A stretch of DNA of 62,980 nt, counting the filler, from Catajapyx aquilonaris (taxonomy: Eukaryota), in NCBI GenBank assembly GCA_000934665.2. It is 2 parts of 2 records of this genome, joined end to end, with 100 filler letters (N's around TTAATTAATTAA, not from the genome) between each part and the next. Parts side by side here need not be neighbours in the genome. Positions count along the whole stretch, not along the records: positions 1 to 31,463 come from JYFJ02004529.1; 1 more part is not named here. One strand, given 5' to 3'. The notes under the pieces are model-generated. The model was given only the letters and a program-made list of their open reading frames with translations, was not told the origin of the DNA and did not search any database. Positions 1-10,098 of the stretch are shown here, in pieces (position 1 is the stretch's first letter; each line of letters begins with the position of its first letter). Position numbers and translations under genes: made by a program.

Positions 1-1
1 T

Positions 2-830
2 GCAATTCCTCCATCAACTAATTGCTACAAGCTTCAGCAAATAGGACACAGCACATCTGGAATTTATTCCGTGATCATCTCTGGAAAAGAAGTCAAGGTG
101 AGGCTCACGGAAATAAGTTTTGTTTACACTATACATTGTGTGGAATTAATTGAATTAGCGTCACTGACTAATGTCGTCGTGTCCTCAGGTGTATTGTGAT
201 ATGGAGTCTGGAGAAGGAGGCTGGACAGTGGTACATAAAAGAGACAACATAGAGCCTCACGTGGACTTCAATCGAGGATGGGCAGATTACAAGAGAGGGT
301 TTGGTGATCTGAATGGGGAGTTCTGGCTGGGTGAGTTACACTCTGTCACTTGTCACCATCACAGCTCAACCCGTATTGTCCCACCCCGTACAGGTCTGGA
401 CAACATCCACGGACTGACCAGTGACCCTGCCACTCCGATGAGACTCCGGATTGACCTGGAGGATTGGGAGGGGGAGGAGAGGGTCGCCTTGTACCACACT
501 TTTAGAGTCGGAGGAGAGGAGGAGAAGTACAATCTCACTGTGGGAGGGTACGGGAAGGGACCGGGAGGTGACCCAGGGGACTCTTTTGCCTTCTACCACA
601 ATGGGCAGGCCTTCACCACAAAAGACCAGAACAACGATCGTTCGAGTGGATCGAACTGCGCAGAGCAGTTAAAGGGTGGTTGGTGGTACCTTAATTGTCA
701 TTATTCCAATCTGAACGGAGTTTATCTCAAGGGAGAGCATGGCCAACTCCAACAAGGTATCATCTGGCGCTACTGGAAGGGATTATACTACTCTTTGAAA
801 AGAGCAGCCATGATGATCAGACCCAGATAA
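2..830 (+). CDS. Fibrinogen C-terminal domain (FReD) protein, ficolin/techylectin/angiopoietin-like; 5'-partial; exons <2-97, 189-330, 394-830
   Basis: Motifs VYCDM..GGWTVV, FNRGWADYKRGFG, EFWLG, LRIDLEDWEG, FTTKDQNND, NCA..GGWWY..CHYSNLNG, W.YWKG; GT-AG introns 98-188 and 331-393 keep frame. Confidence 0.93.
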
Positions 831-2128
831 ACGACCAGTAATGCATTCGATTAAAATAGTTACATGCACATTATTTTGTGTTTTTAAAGATTTATTGTAG
901 CTCATCCCCCTCAGTGATTGCTTATAAAGGAACTTGTTTGATGCTTGAATAATTGCTGTGGGATTTGGATAGAGAGACATTAATGTGAATGCTGTCAGAA
1001 AAAACGTCACGATTAATCACTGGAGATCGCCTTTATATAAAAGGTCATTTCAGGGCAGGAAATGTTCCACTGCTCAAACCTATCCTAACTTTCCTGGCCT
1101 TCCTTGTCACATGGGTCACATGGCATGGGTGCGGTATACGGAGTATACGGACAATAATAATTATATTCTTTGCTTACTATACATTTTCAGTCTATCACAA
1201 CTGTATCTATCACTAGATATTATCAAACACCATGTCCGTGACACTTCCTGGTGTGGCTTTCAATTTTTGTTCAAACACCTCTTGAACGATGCTTACAATG
1301 TATTACATTCAATTGTAGTTTTAAAATCACCATCTCATTAGTGGTAATCAAAAATATATTAGCTTTTGGTTGTGCATGTTTAGTTAACAATGTTTCCGAA
1401 ATATTTACCACCATTGATTATTATTATCATACCGCTGATAGCTGAACCCGTGGATACCGTGTACTTTATGTCAACAATATGTAAGTCATGCTTGTACTAT
1501 TGCATATGTACCAATTGCGCGTGTAAATTTTGGCACTAATAAATATATACTATGCGTAAAATACAATCAAACGGCATTAGGGTATTAATTTGGGAAGAAT
1601 TACATTGGAAGTGGTTCCCTCACCTAAAAAGTCACAACATCAAAATGGGATTCACTACATTGTTCCTTTCATCCTAGCATGATGCAACCCAACATATCCC
1701 TATTTGTGTTGCAGTCGCTTGGCGCAGTTTAAATGGTGGCCTCCCATTGCTCTAGACTCTAGTCTGCAAAACACTGTTGTGTGTGTCTTGTTATTATGTT
1801 AATGCACTCGTTTAGTTTCAATTAATTTTTCCGTTTGAAATTTTTAAAATTAATTTAAATTTGTGAAGTCACTATTCAGTAATTTACACTGGTCAACAAA
1901 ATGGAACTTTTTGTTCTCATCATGAATAAAAAATACTTTTTTTTTCTGGATGAACTTTTCACGCTGATTCCAAGTTTTTTTGCTACGATTTATCATGGCT
2001 CAACATTCACCTTGAATTCAAAAGAAGATAATTGTTGACGTCATTCGAGTAAATAAACAGGTTAGCACCTGAGGGTTCGGTGCCTTCTATTTTTTTTAAC
2101 CTTTTACAAACAAGATGCCAGTCGTGTA

Positions 2129-3180
2129 ATTGGACGGTGTTACGGAATAATGGGTCAACCAACAAAAAAAATGTCAAAATTGAGTTAAGCCGAGGAACTG
2201 TGACGACCCAGGGTTCGCCCCGGGTTCGCCCCTAGCTAGCTCATACCAAGAAAACTAGGTGGGTTCCTTGAGCACTGGTATTTATTGACCTTCTCGGTCC
2301 CAAGCTGAGTACAGACTGACTTTTACAACCAAAACCCGCTGGGAGGGAAAGCTGGGGAAAGGCAGGGTTCCACCACCAATAGGATGGTCAGGGTCAAACC
2401 CTTACATTACCCTCCCTCTTTGAAAACCTCATTTACATACAAAAACAAATTACATCCAACATAAAGCCATAAAAACAAAAGCAAAAAAAAAAATCACTTG
2501 GTTTCCAAAAGTCTCTATAAATGAACAAATGCTTCCGCTTCACACCACAGCAAAAACCACACAAAAAAAATGCACCTCACACAAAGCACAATCATAACAA
2601 TGAAATCCCATTCATTCCTAGAAAGTTTTCTCCCCCATCTCCCAACAGGACCCCCGATTAGTTACAGAGGTGGGGGACAAGGCTCCTTGCCTTACTGCAG
2701 GGGGACTGTACAACAGGCTGACCCCAGGTACAGATTGACGGACCGACCCTTAACAAAGGGACCCACTCTCTTTTTGTCCTCGCAAAAGCAGGTCAACTGC
2801 CCTCCAAGAAAAGCGACGCTTCCTTGGCGGAACATACACCCAATGGATAGTGCATCACTTCATTCAGTCCAAATTATGGTGGCGAAATCTGCATACTTCT
2901 CCCACAAATGATCGGAAGGTCAACTCACAAATAGTGTGCATGGAGATGTTGTTATGCAATAATGTGTCAACCCATGAAAAATGTCAAAATCGAGCTAATC
3001 ATAAGAACATTATATACCTAAAGGATCCTATACTTTATTCAGTTAAATTCGTGCTGGTGAAATCTGCATGCTTTTGCCACAAATGACCGAAAAGAAATCC
3101 GAATTAATTTCACGTGCATTTTTTTTTGCCAAAAATTATTATCATGCGGGTTGACTCATTATTGCATAACACCGTCCAAT
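2129..3180. mobile_element. Degenerate MITE (~30-bp TIRs, internal direct repeats) interrupted by a 630-bp insertion
   Basis: ATTGGACGGTGTTACGGAATAATGGGTCAACC at the left end vs its near-complement GGTTGACTCATTATTGCATAACCGTCCAAT at the right end. Confidence 0.6.
2199..2828. mobile_element. Nested insertion, solo-LTR-like
   Basis: Flanked by 5-bp direct repeat GGAAC (2194-2198, 2829-2833); one end is TGTGACGA; removing it restores alignment with the second internal repeat unit (2965-3090). Confidence 0.5.
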
Positions 3181-3373
3181 TATGTGAAGGTGACATTTTT
3201 CCAGTAAATGCATTACATTTTATCATGCAGTAAAAAATGTAGGCTACAGCACAAAATACACTGTATCTAACAAATTACTCTAGTACTACGGTACATGATT
3301 ATATTCACTATACGTCGTTACCTGGTGAAAGGCACAATACTACAGTAATATGACCTATCATGAGAGAATTTCA

Positions 3374-4267
3374 CTAACGGACCTGCCTGTACTGGATCCC
3401 TTCGCGATTCATGTCTTTCACCTTCTTCATTGTTATGCGACCAACGTAAGCAGCCACAAACGAGATGGCCGGAATCTTCAGCACAACTGTGAAGAGAAGA
3501 GTCAGAAGACGAAAGTAAGCCTGTTTGTACCATGGCACTACCTGACGCAAAGCCTCGACAGCTTGGGGCAAGTCGTTCACCCATGCCAAGAACATGGCCA
3601 CACTCTCAGGGAACACGCACAGTAGTCTGAAGAATGGGGTGACCATGTTACCACTGTGGAAAATAATCCTGCCGAAGAACTCCTGGTCCTTGTTGAACGT
3701 GTTTGGATGGGCAACAATCACATTGTTCTTGTACTCGATCAGGAGGCTTCTCATCTGCTGGAGGTTGCCAAAAAATGGGTTGTACCTGTCCTCTACGCCG
3801 ACATGGTATGTGATGACTCGCATTAGGTAGATGAAGTCCTCCATCTCTTGGTCTGTTGCACCGTGGAGGCCTACCTTATGAGGAGCAACGATGGCAGCGT
3901 TGGACAAGTTCAGAGACATCATGATGAAGTCGTATTGGGTCATGTATGTCTTGTCCTGGGGTATTTGAGGAGGGTACGCGAACGAGGACCGAGGAGGCAC
4001 GACTGCAGACAGCTTTTGAAACAGTGTGCACTTGCTCTCTATGTCAGGTTCTTTGGACATGTCCATCTGAGCCTCGACCACGTTGTGTTTAAACTTGTTG
4101 GAAAAGTCAGCCAGTCGGGTGTGCTTACGAAGGACCCTCTTCATGCTCCTGTATGCGAGGTCATTTTGGTCCCACAGGTCACCCTCGTACCATATCAGGA
4201 GGTTGGAGTACAGGCCCATGCTCAACTGGAGGCAGCTCTGGACGCCCTCGTAAGTAGTAGCCCACGG
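3374..4267 (-). CDS. mpaB/mpaB'/rubber-oxygenase catalytic-domain-like protein (arthropod DUF2236-like family); large 3' exon, 5' exon(s) not identified
   Basis: 283-aa ORF with WY.GDLW..AYRSM..V..KH, MTQYDF, APHKVGL, EMEDFIYLMRVITYHVGVEDRYNP pattern and a hydrophobic C-terminus; frame open up to a TAG acceptor-like site at 4268-4269. Confidence 0.6.
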   Translation of the reverse strand, partial: PWATTYEGVQSCLQLSMGLYSNLLIWYEGDLWDQNDLAYRSMKRVLRKHTRLADFSNKFKHNVVEAQMDMSKEPDIESKCTLFQKLSAVVPPRSSFAYPPQIPQDKTYMTQYDFIMMSLNLSNAAIVAPHKVGLHGATDQEMEDFIYLMRVITYHVGVEDRYNPFFGNLQQMRSLLIEYKNNVIVAHPNTFNKDQEFFGRIIFHSGNMVTPFFRLLCVFPESVAMFLAWVNDLPQAVEALRQVVPWYKQAYFRLLTLLFTVVLKIPAISFVAAYVGRITMKKVKDMNREGIQYRQVR

Positions 4268-4999
4268 CTAAGTACGGAGCCTCATGGAAAAATTCCGCAG
4301 TGTCGCCACCGTCTATGCGAGTTTAACATGGGAAAGCGCTACTGCGGCCATTTCTGTAACTAGTAAATATGCGTGGGAAGAGTCTCCAGCCAATCAGGAG
4401 GCTCGCCGAGAAGCTACGCTTTGAAAAGCAGCGGCGGCCCGCGCGGCAGTGGCAGCACCGTCGCCCGAGTTGGCGAAATAAAAATCCGCAGCNGATCGTG
4501 CTTCTGGACCGACATCGTGAAGAGAAGTGATCCCAAAAAGTCTCTCATCGTTTATTCCGGGGCAGGTGGTATGATGCAAGGAATGCGTGTTCTTTGGTGT
4601 ATTTATTGCTCAAATTACCTTCTGTGTAAACTGAAGTGTAATATTAGAATACAGTATGTTCATAAAGAGGAAGATAACAAACACGTAACAGCATTTTCAT
4701 AACAACAGCAATAATACTAAAATGATGTAACATTTGAGGGTAACCTGATATTCTTTAATAAGAAACTATGAATTGAAAATAAATTATTAAACGCAGGATC
4801 CACCCTTTGTTTAATTATTGAACTTAATTTTGTCTATCTGTGACCTAAGTAAACACCATGCCAGATCAATATCCGAAAAATGTAATTCTATTACCTGCCT
4901 TTTAAATAATTCTCCCAGAAGATTACGCCAGTGCAGTGCAGTGGTTACACAGCGCCTTCACACCACATTTTTATAATTTTTTTGATGGTGTTAAAAATA

Positions 5000-5100
5000 C
5001 CGTATTTACGCGCATAAGACGCACCCCGGTTTTGAGGCGAAAAATCGTGGAAAATCGGTTGTTGACTCATATAAGACACACCCAGATTTATTGCCGTAGT
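5000..5100 (+). mobile_element. Truncated pogo/Tigger-like element end
   Basis: TA|CCGTATTTACGCGCATAAGACGCAC terminus with internal repeat CATAAGACACAC; no partner TIR found. Confidence 0.4.
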
Positions 5101-5180
5101 TTGGGAACTACTGGCCTCGAGCTGCCGGCAGTAACCTCGTGTGCAATGCATGTGCGTGTGGAATCCACTAGAATCCAGTA

Positions 5181-5555
5181 ATAAAAATAAAAAGAGGCAG
5201 TAAAACTGCAGAAAACTATTCTTTCTCTGCTCGGTGAGATTAAAAGTAAGAAAGAAGTCCATATATAGGTGGGGGTTGGTTCGTGTCACAGGGATGTGTG
5301 ATAATCAAATTTAATTCAAAACATTCGTGCGTTGGGGCTGGGAATAATTAGGCAGATATCGCTTTTATGTACTCCTCCGACTCTCATACTCTGCCTAATT
5401 CTTCCCAGCCCCAAAGCACGAATGTTTTGAATTAAATTTAATTATCACACATCCCTATGACACGAACCAACCCCCCCACCTATGGCCTTGTTTCTTACTT
5501 TTAATCTCACCCAGAGGAAGAATAGTTTTCTGCAGTTTTACTGCCTATTTTTATT
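5181..5555. repeat. Foldback palindrome, ~175-bp arms, ~30-nt spacer
   Basis: 5181-5357 is the imperfect reverse complement of 5389-5555. Confidence 0.85.
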
Positions 5556-6155
5556 TAATTCTTTTCATCATCAGAATAAAGTGAAAACCTGCTGATGCCC
5601 CCCCTTTCGCCCCAAAATTTTAGCCCCCCCTTCAACCTCCTGTGGGGGGAAGTGGGCTCCAGACTGGGCCCCCCCCTCCCAAGTATATCCGGTCTCGGTA
5701 CAGAAAGGGAGCGAGAGCCACAAAACTGACACTTTCGAAATCGCCTCGAAACTCAAAAAGTAAAGGTTTATCTCAAAAAAAAAAGGTAGGCAGAAGAGCG
5801 CTTCCTGGGAACATTGCGGATCTAATTACACATTGTATGACCCTCTACGACGCACCGTTTAGGCTGTACCCTTGTCGAAGTAACGACACATTTTTGAACT
5901 TTGACCCCGGATGGCCATAGTTGTTGTTTATCTATCTAAAGTTTGAAAGTGGAGTGAGCGGAGTGTAAATCTTGTTTCCGATTTGAAATCGATTAACACG
6001 ATCGCGAGTTATGAAGTCGGGAAATTAACATCCCACCAAAAACATTTCTGTAAAAAAAAGGCCTTGTTCTCCTGGCTGCTTGGCCGTCAAAAGTGGTGAG
6101 ATCTGAAATACGGCCAAGTTCAACGTCGTTGTCAATTATACTGGCATCCTCAACT

Positions 6156-6565
6156 TCTTCAACCTAAACCACTAACTTTATTTTTCCAGGTCGACCTTAA
6201 GTTTAATCATCAAAAAATTTTAATGGAATTTCTCTTGCTGTAACTTGGCCATTGCTCTTAAAACATTGAAACAGTTGTAGAATTCAACAATATCTCGGAC
6301 ATGAGCAATGGCCAAGTGACATCAGGAGAAATGACATTAAATTTTTTTCAAGGGGGTAATCACTTCGGTACTCCGGTGTACACCTGGGAGTGGTACTCCC
6401 TGGTACTCCTCAGGCACCTCACTCTTTATTACTCCGTGGTACTCCTTGAATTTGGTACTCCAGTGTACACTTTTCAGTCGAGTGATTACCCCCTTGATTT
6501 TTTTTAAATGATTAAACTTAAGGTCCGCCTGGAAAAACAAAGTTAGTGGTTTAGGTTGAAAAAGA
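6156..6565. repeat. Foldback inverted repeat whose right arm is interrupted by a hAT-type MITE
   Basis: 6156-6260 pairs with 6301-6348 plus 6505-6565. Confidence 0.75.
6349..6496. mobile_element. 148-bp hAT-type MITE
   Basis: TIR CAAGGGGGTAATCACT / AGTGATTACCCCCTTG; 8-bp TSD ATTTTTTT; internal GGTACTCC repeats. Confidence 0.8.
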
Positions 6566-7135
6566 CCCGGCGAGAACTTGGCGGGGGCACTGCCGTGCCC
6601 CCTAATTTAATGCTCATTAAAACACATTACACACATCCCTGACCCTGCACCGTGCTTTTCAACACACCATGACATATATGCTTCGAATCACTCTGCATCC
6701 AAAGCATCAATCAAATAATACCTCTTTACGACCAATGAATTAACCCACACATTGCTCATTTAACCCTTGCAGGAAAATTATGACAACAAAAATAATTTGA
6801 CAAAAAGAATATGTGTAACAAATTGTTTGACATTGAATGTGAAGAGATCATAAAAATAACTAGGGAAAAAAACAATTTCTGTACCAAGTGATTAGCATTG
6901 ATTAATAAGAAATAAAAAATAATAATTAGACAAAAAATCTACATATAAAAATGTTGGACATTGCAGGTGAGAGTATGAAAATAACAACTGCTCTGTAAAC
7001 TGAAAAGCATTAAGTGAGCACTGAGTGAGCATGAAGCATTATAAATAGGCCTACCTTGCTCAGTGGGAGATGCAGTATTAGTGAGCCTCTTTTAATGCTT
7101 TGCGGTTTACAGTGGACAGAAGCACTGGCGCTTAT

Positions 7136-7297
7136 TGTGTATCTGCCCAACAATACCGTTCGTCTGTGTCTGCCGCAGGCCAACAAATGTTATTGTGGCT
7201 TTGCCAAGCACATTCCAGCGATTGACCAAGCCGCAATAACATTTGTTGGCCTGCGGTGCACGGACGACAGTAGGCCCTATTGTTGGGCAGATATGCA
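7136..7297. repeat. Hairpin inverted repeat, ~65-bp arms
   Basis: ATCTGCCCAACAATA..CCGCAGGCCAACAAATGTTATTG vs CAATAACATTTGTTGGCCTGCGG..TATTGTTGGGCAGAT. Confidence 0.75.
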
Positions 7298-8710
7298 GAC
7301 TAGCATCACCTTCAATGACCCAACCAAAGGGCCGCCCCGGTGCGGAGATGACCATCCATCCGAAGAGCATCAATCGGTGTGTCTGCCCCGAGTCCCTCTG
7401 TACAGCCTCGCCTCTTCGGCTGGACCCCAGGGCCGCCGCCCCCGGTGCTCCTCCTAGGGCGCAAAATGAGCTCTGTTAACGCATTTAACTGTAATGAGCT
7501 GTAACACATTTTTGAATCTTTGAGTGAGTATATTTGAATATTTAAAATATTGTTAATTAATAATTTACATTTAAATATAAATGTACAGACATAATAATTT
7601 TGACCAACTTGGAATTTATCGAATTCAAACGCCCGCCAGCCAGGGTGACGTCACGAGATGACTTCGCGCGGATTGGCTGAAGTTGCAATTATTAGAGTTT
7701 TTAATCATTTTTAATAAAAGTAAAATAATACGATAATTTTTCCGAAAATACGATAATTTTTTAAGGTTAGGCATGATGTTTCTTTGATCCAGTTTTTCCC
7801 AATCTGGCACCATGTTTCCTTAATTCCTTTGCTTGGTGTCCATCATGGGTGTCCATGATATTCATCTGAAGATGATCTGAAGGGAGCCTGAATGACCACC
7901 AGAAGCTGCACAGGAGCAGGGGCAGAGGTACAAGGCAGAATAAGAAACAAGTTGGAGGAAAGGGAAATGATATTTTTTATTTTATTAGAGGCTAAGGAAC
8001 GTAGAAGCTGCATAAGACGAAGCTAGTCCCGCCAGCGCAGACCTGTAAGCATGAAGGGCAACGGCACACTGCGGCAGCTGCACGTCAAGGTGAAGGGGAC
8101 GGACAGAGTGTTGCATTGCGTGGGAGATTACGAGAGGAGACTCCGCATAGCGGAGGCGAGGGTTGCGGCCCTGCAGGGAGGCCTGCAGCGGGAGCGACAG
8201 GCAAGACGCAGGATGGCTCGTTACGTTGCCGGCACGGGGAGAGCCATGCGAGGTGTGATGGCACGCTTCCGACACCTGGAGAGGCAGTTAGCACGACTCC
8301 AGCAGGCCCAAGGAGCCAACGTGCAGACTGTCCAGGACACCACGGACACCAGCAATGGGATGGACACATGCGGAGAAGACCAGCAGCATCCGGACAAGGA
8401 GCAGACTGGTGACGGATCAAACGGTGGGCTGACCACAGCAGACGTCTTCATGTAAAACTGATGGGGGGGCCAAGTCTTTACTCTTCACTCCAGCCATGTA
8501 GTAGTAGTGCCAATGTGCCTTGAATAATAATCGTACCGAATTAAAAGGTCATTAAAGGTACAATCATGTCGCAGTAATCATATTTCCATTCCTATCCGTA
8601 ATGCTGCTTTACAGTTCCTACGTGGACCATATCAGATGAGCCAGGTACACCCCACATTATTAATGCAATGATATTGAAAATGCAGGTGGCACAACCAGAT
8701 TTTCTGTTAA

Positions 8711-9239
8711 CCCTTAACTACGTAGGTGGAGCCTGAGAGGCTCCAACTGCTATTTAAACGCATGTAACTTTTTAAGTAAATGGTTTTTGCCCCCCCCTGT
8801 CCTTCCGTGACTTTGTCACAAAAACCTTCCTAAAGCATGAATGAAAAGAAGAAAAAAATATTTTTAGTTGCCATTCTTTGGTTGAAAAAAATTCATAACG
8901 AGGAACAGGTGCCACCTTGGAGCCGCTCAGGCTCCACCTACATAGTAAAGGGTGCTGTTGTTTTTCCTATCTCCGTGGAGAGCATCTGAATAGGGAAAAC
9001 GACTGCACCCTTTACTATGTAGGTGGAGCCTGAGCGGCTCCAGGTGCGACATGTTCCTCGTTACGAATTTTTTCTGTCGGAATATGCTGACTCTGCGTGT
9101 GATTTTTACCGTTTTTAGAAGCCTAATTATCTGAACTGCATTTCCTGTATGTGAAAAGTACAATATAACAATTGAGCTGATAAGAAGATAATTAAATGTA
9201 CGGTTGGAGCCGCTCAGGCTCCACCTACGTAGTTAAGGG
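8711..9239. mobile_element. piggyBac-type MITE
   Basis: TTAA TSD on both sides; TIR CCCTTAACTACGTAGGTGGAGCCTGAG; internal inverted copies at 8917-8955 and 9005-9044. Confidence 0.92.
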
Positions 9240-9540
9240 TTAAGATATAATGTGCTTGCATCGGCTTAACATGCACTTGTTGACAAACAAAATATTAGCG
9301 CCGATGGAAATTAGCCTGAAGGCTAACATTGAAGCTTTGAACATTGAAGCTAACAATAATAAATTTATTATTATTATTATTAGAATCACTACATTTCCCT
9401 ATGAGGGGCAGTGAGCGATGAAGGGAGACGCAAGCCAACCCAACATAATTATGAACTAAATTAAAACTTGTCCCTTCCCATCTCAGATGACATTCCCCAA
9501 GACATTCCCTCATAGGGAAGTGTCGTGATGATGATGAAGA

Positions 9541-9551
9541 TGGATGATGAA

Positions 9552-9611
<60 letters not shown>

Positions 9612-9612
9612 C
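9541..9612. repeat. (GAT)n microsatellite
   Basis: Direct reading. Confidence 0.95.
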
Positions 9613-9790
9613 ATCATTTCATTTACCCTTTTGAGGGGCCTAACAATAATAAAAAAATAAAATGAAAAGCAATAACAATAACAATGATGATAATTTTGTA
9701 TTGAGAAATAATTGCAGGCAGATTTACATTACCAAAAATAACATTAGATTAAAAATAATTCCGAAAAAAAATAATATTCATGCCAATTGT

Positions 9791-9912
9791 AAACTAAAGC
9801 GAACGGTCCATAAACCAGGAAACGTGACGTCACGCTTTCCAACTAAAGCGAATAGTCTACTACTGACGTCACGTACCAAACTAAAACGAACAGACTACTG
9901 CTGACGTCACGG
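9791..9912 (+). promoter_or_regulatory. Tandem ~38-bp repeats each carrying a perfect CRE palindrome TGACGTCA, upstream of mRpS11
   Basis: TGACGTCA at 9825, 9864 and 9902, 190-270 nt before the ATG at 10099. Confidence 0.45.
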
Positions 9913-10098
9913 CGCTCAAATTGAACGCAGCAAAAAAAAAAATTGGACGATTCCATTTTCCAGTCGTTGGTCGGAGGGGTGTGCAGGTAGTTGGGTAGGG
10001 CTGCCAACCACCCTCCAACTCTCCCTGGCCGCCCCCCCACCCACGAACGAACGCCCCACACTTGCAACGCAGAAGCTGACCAGTTCGGACCTAGAAAA

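Noticed and set aside
4372..4400. Su(H) site CGTGGGAA next to a CCAAT box
   Set aside because: Single short motifs are expected by chance, and there is no paired-site architecture.
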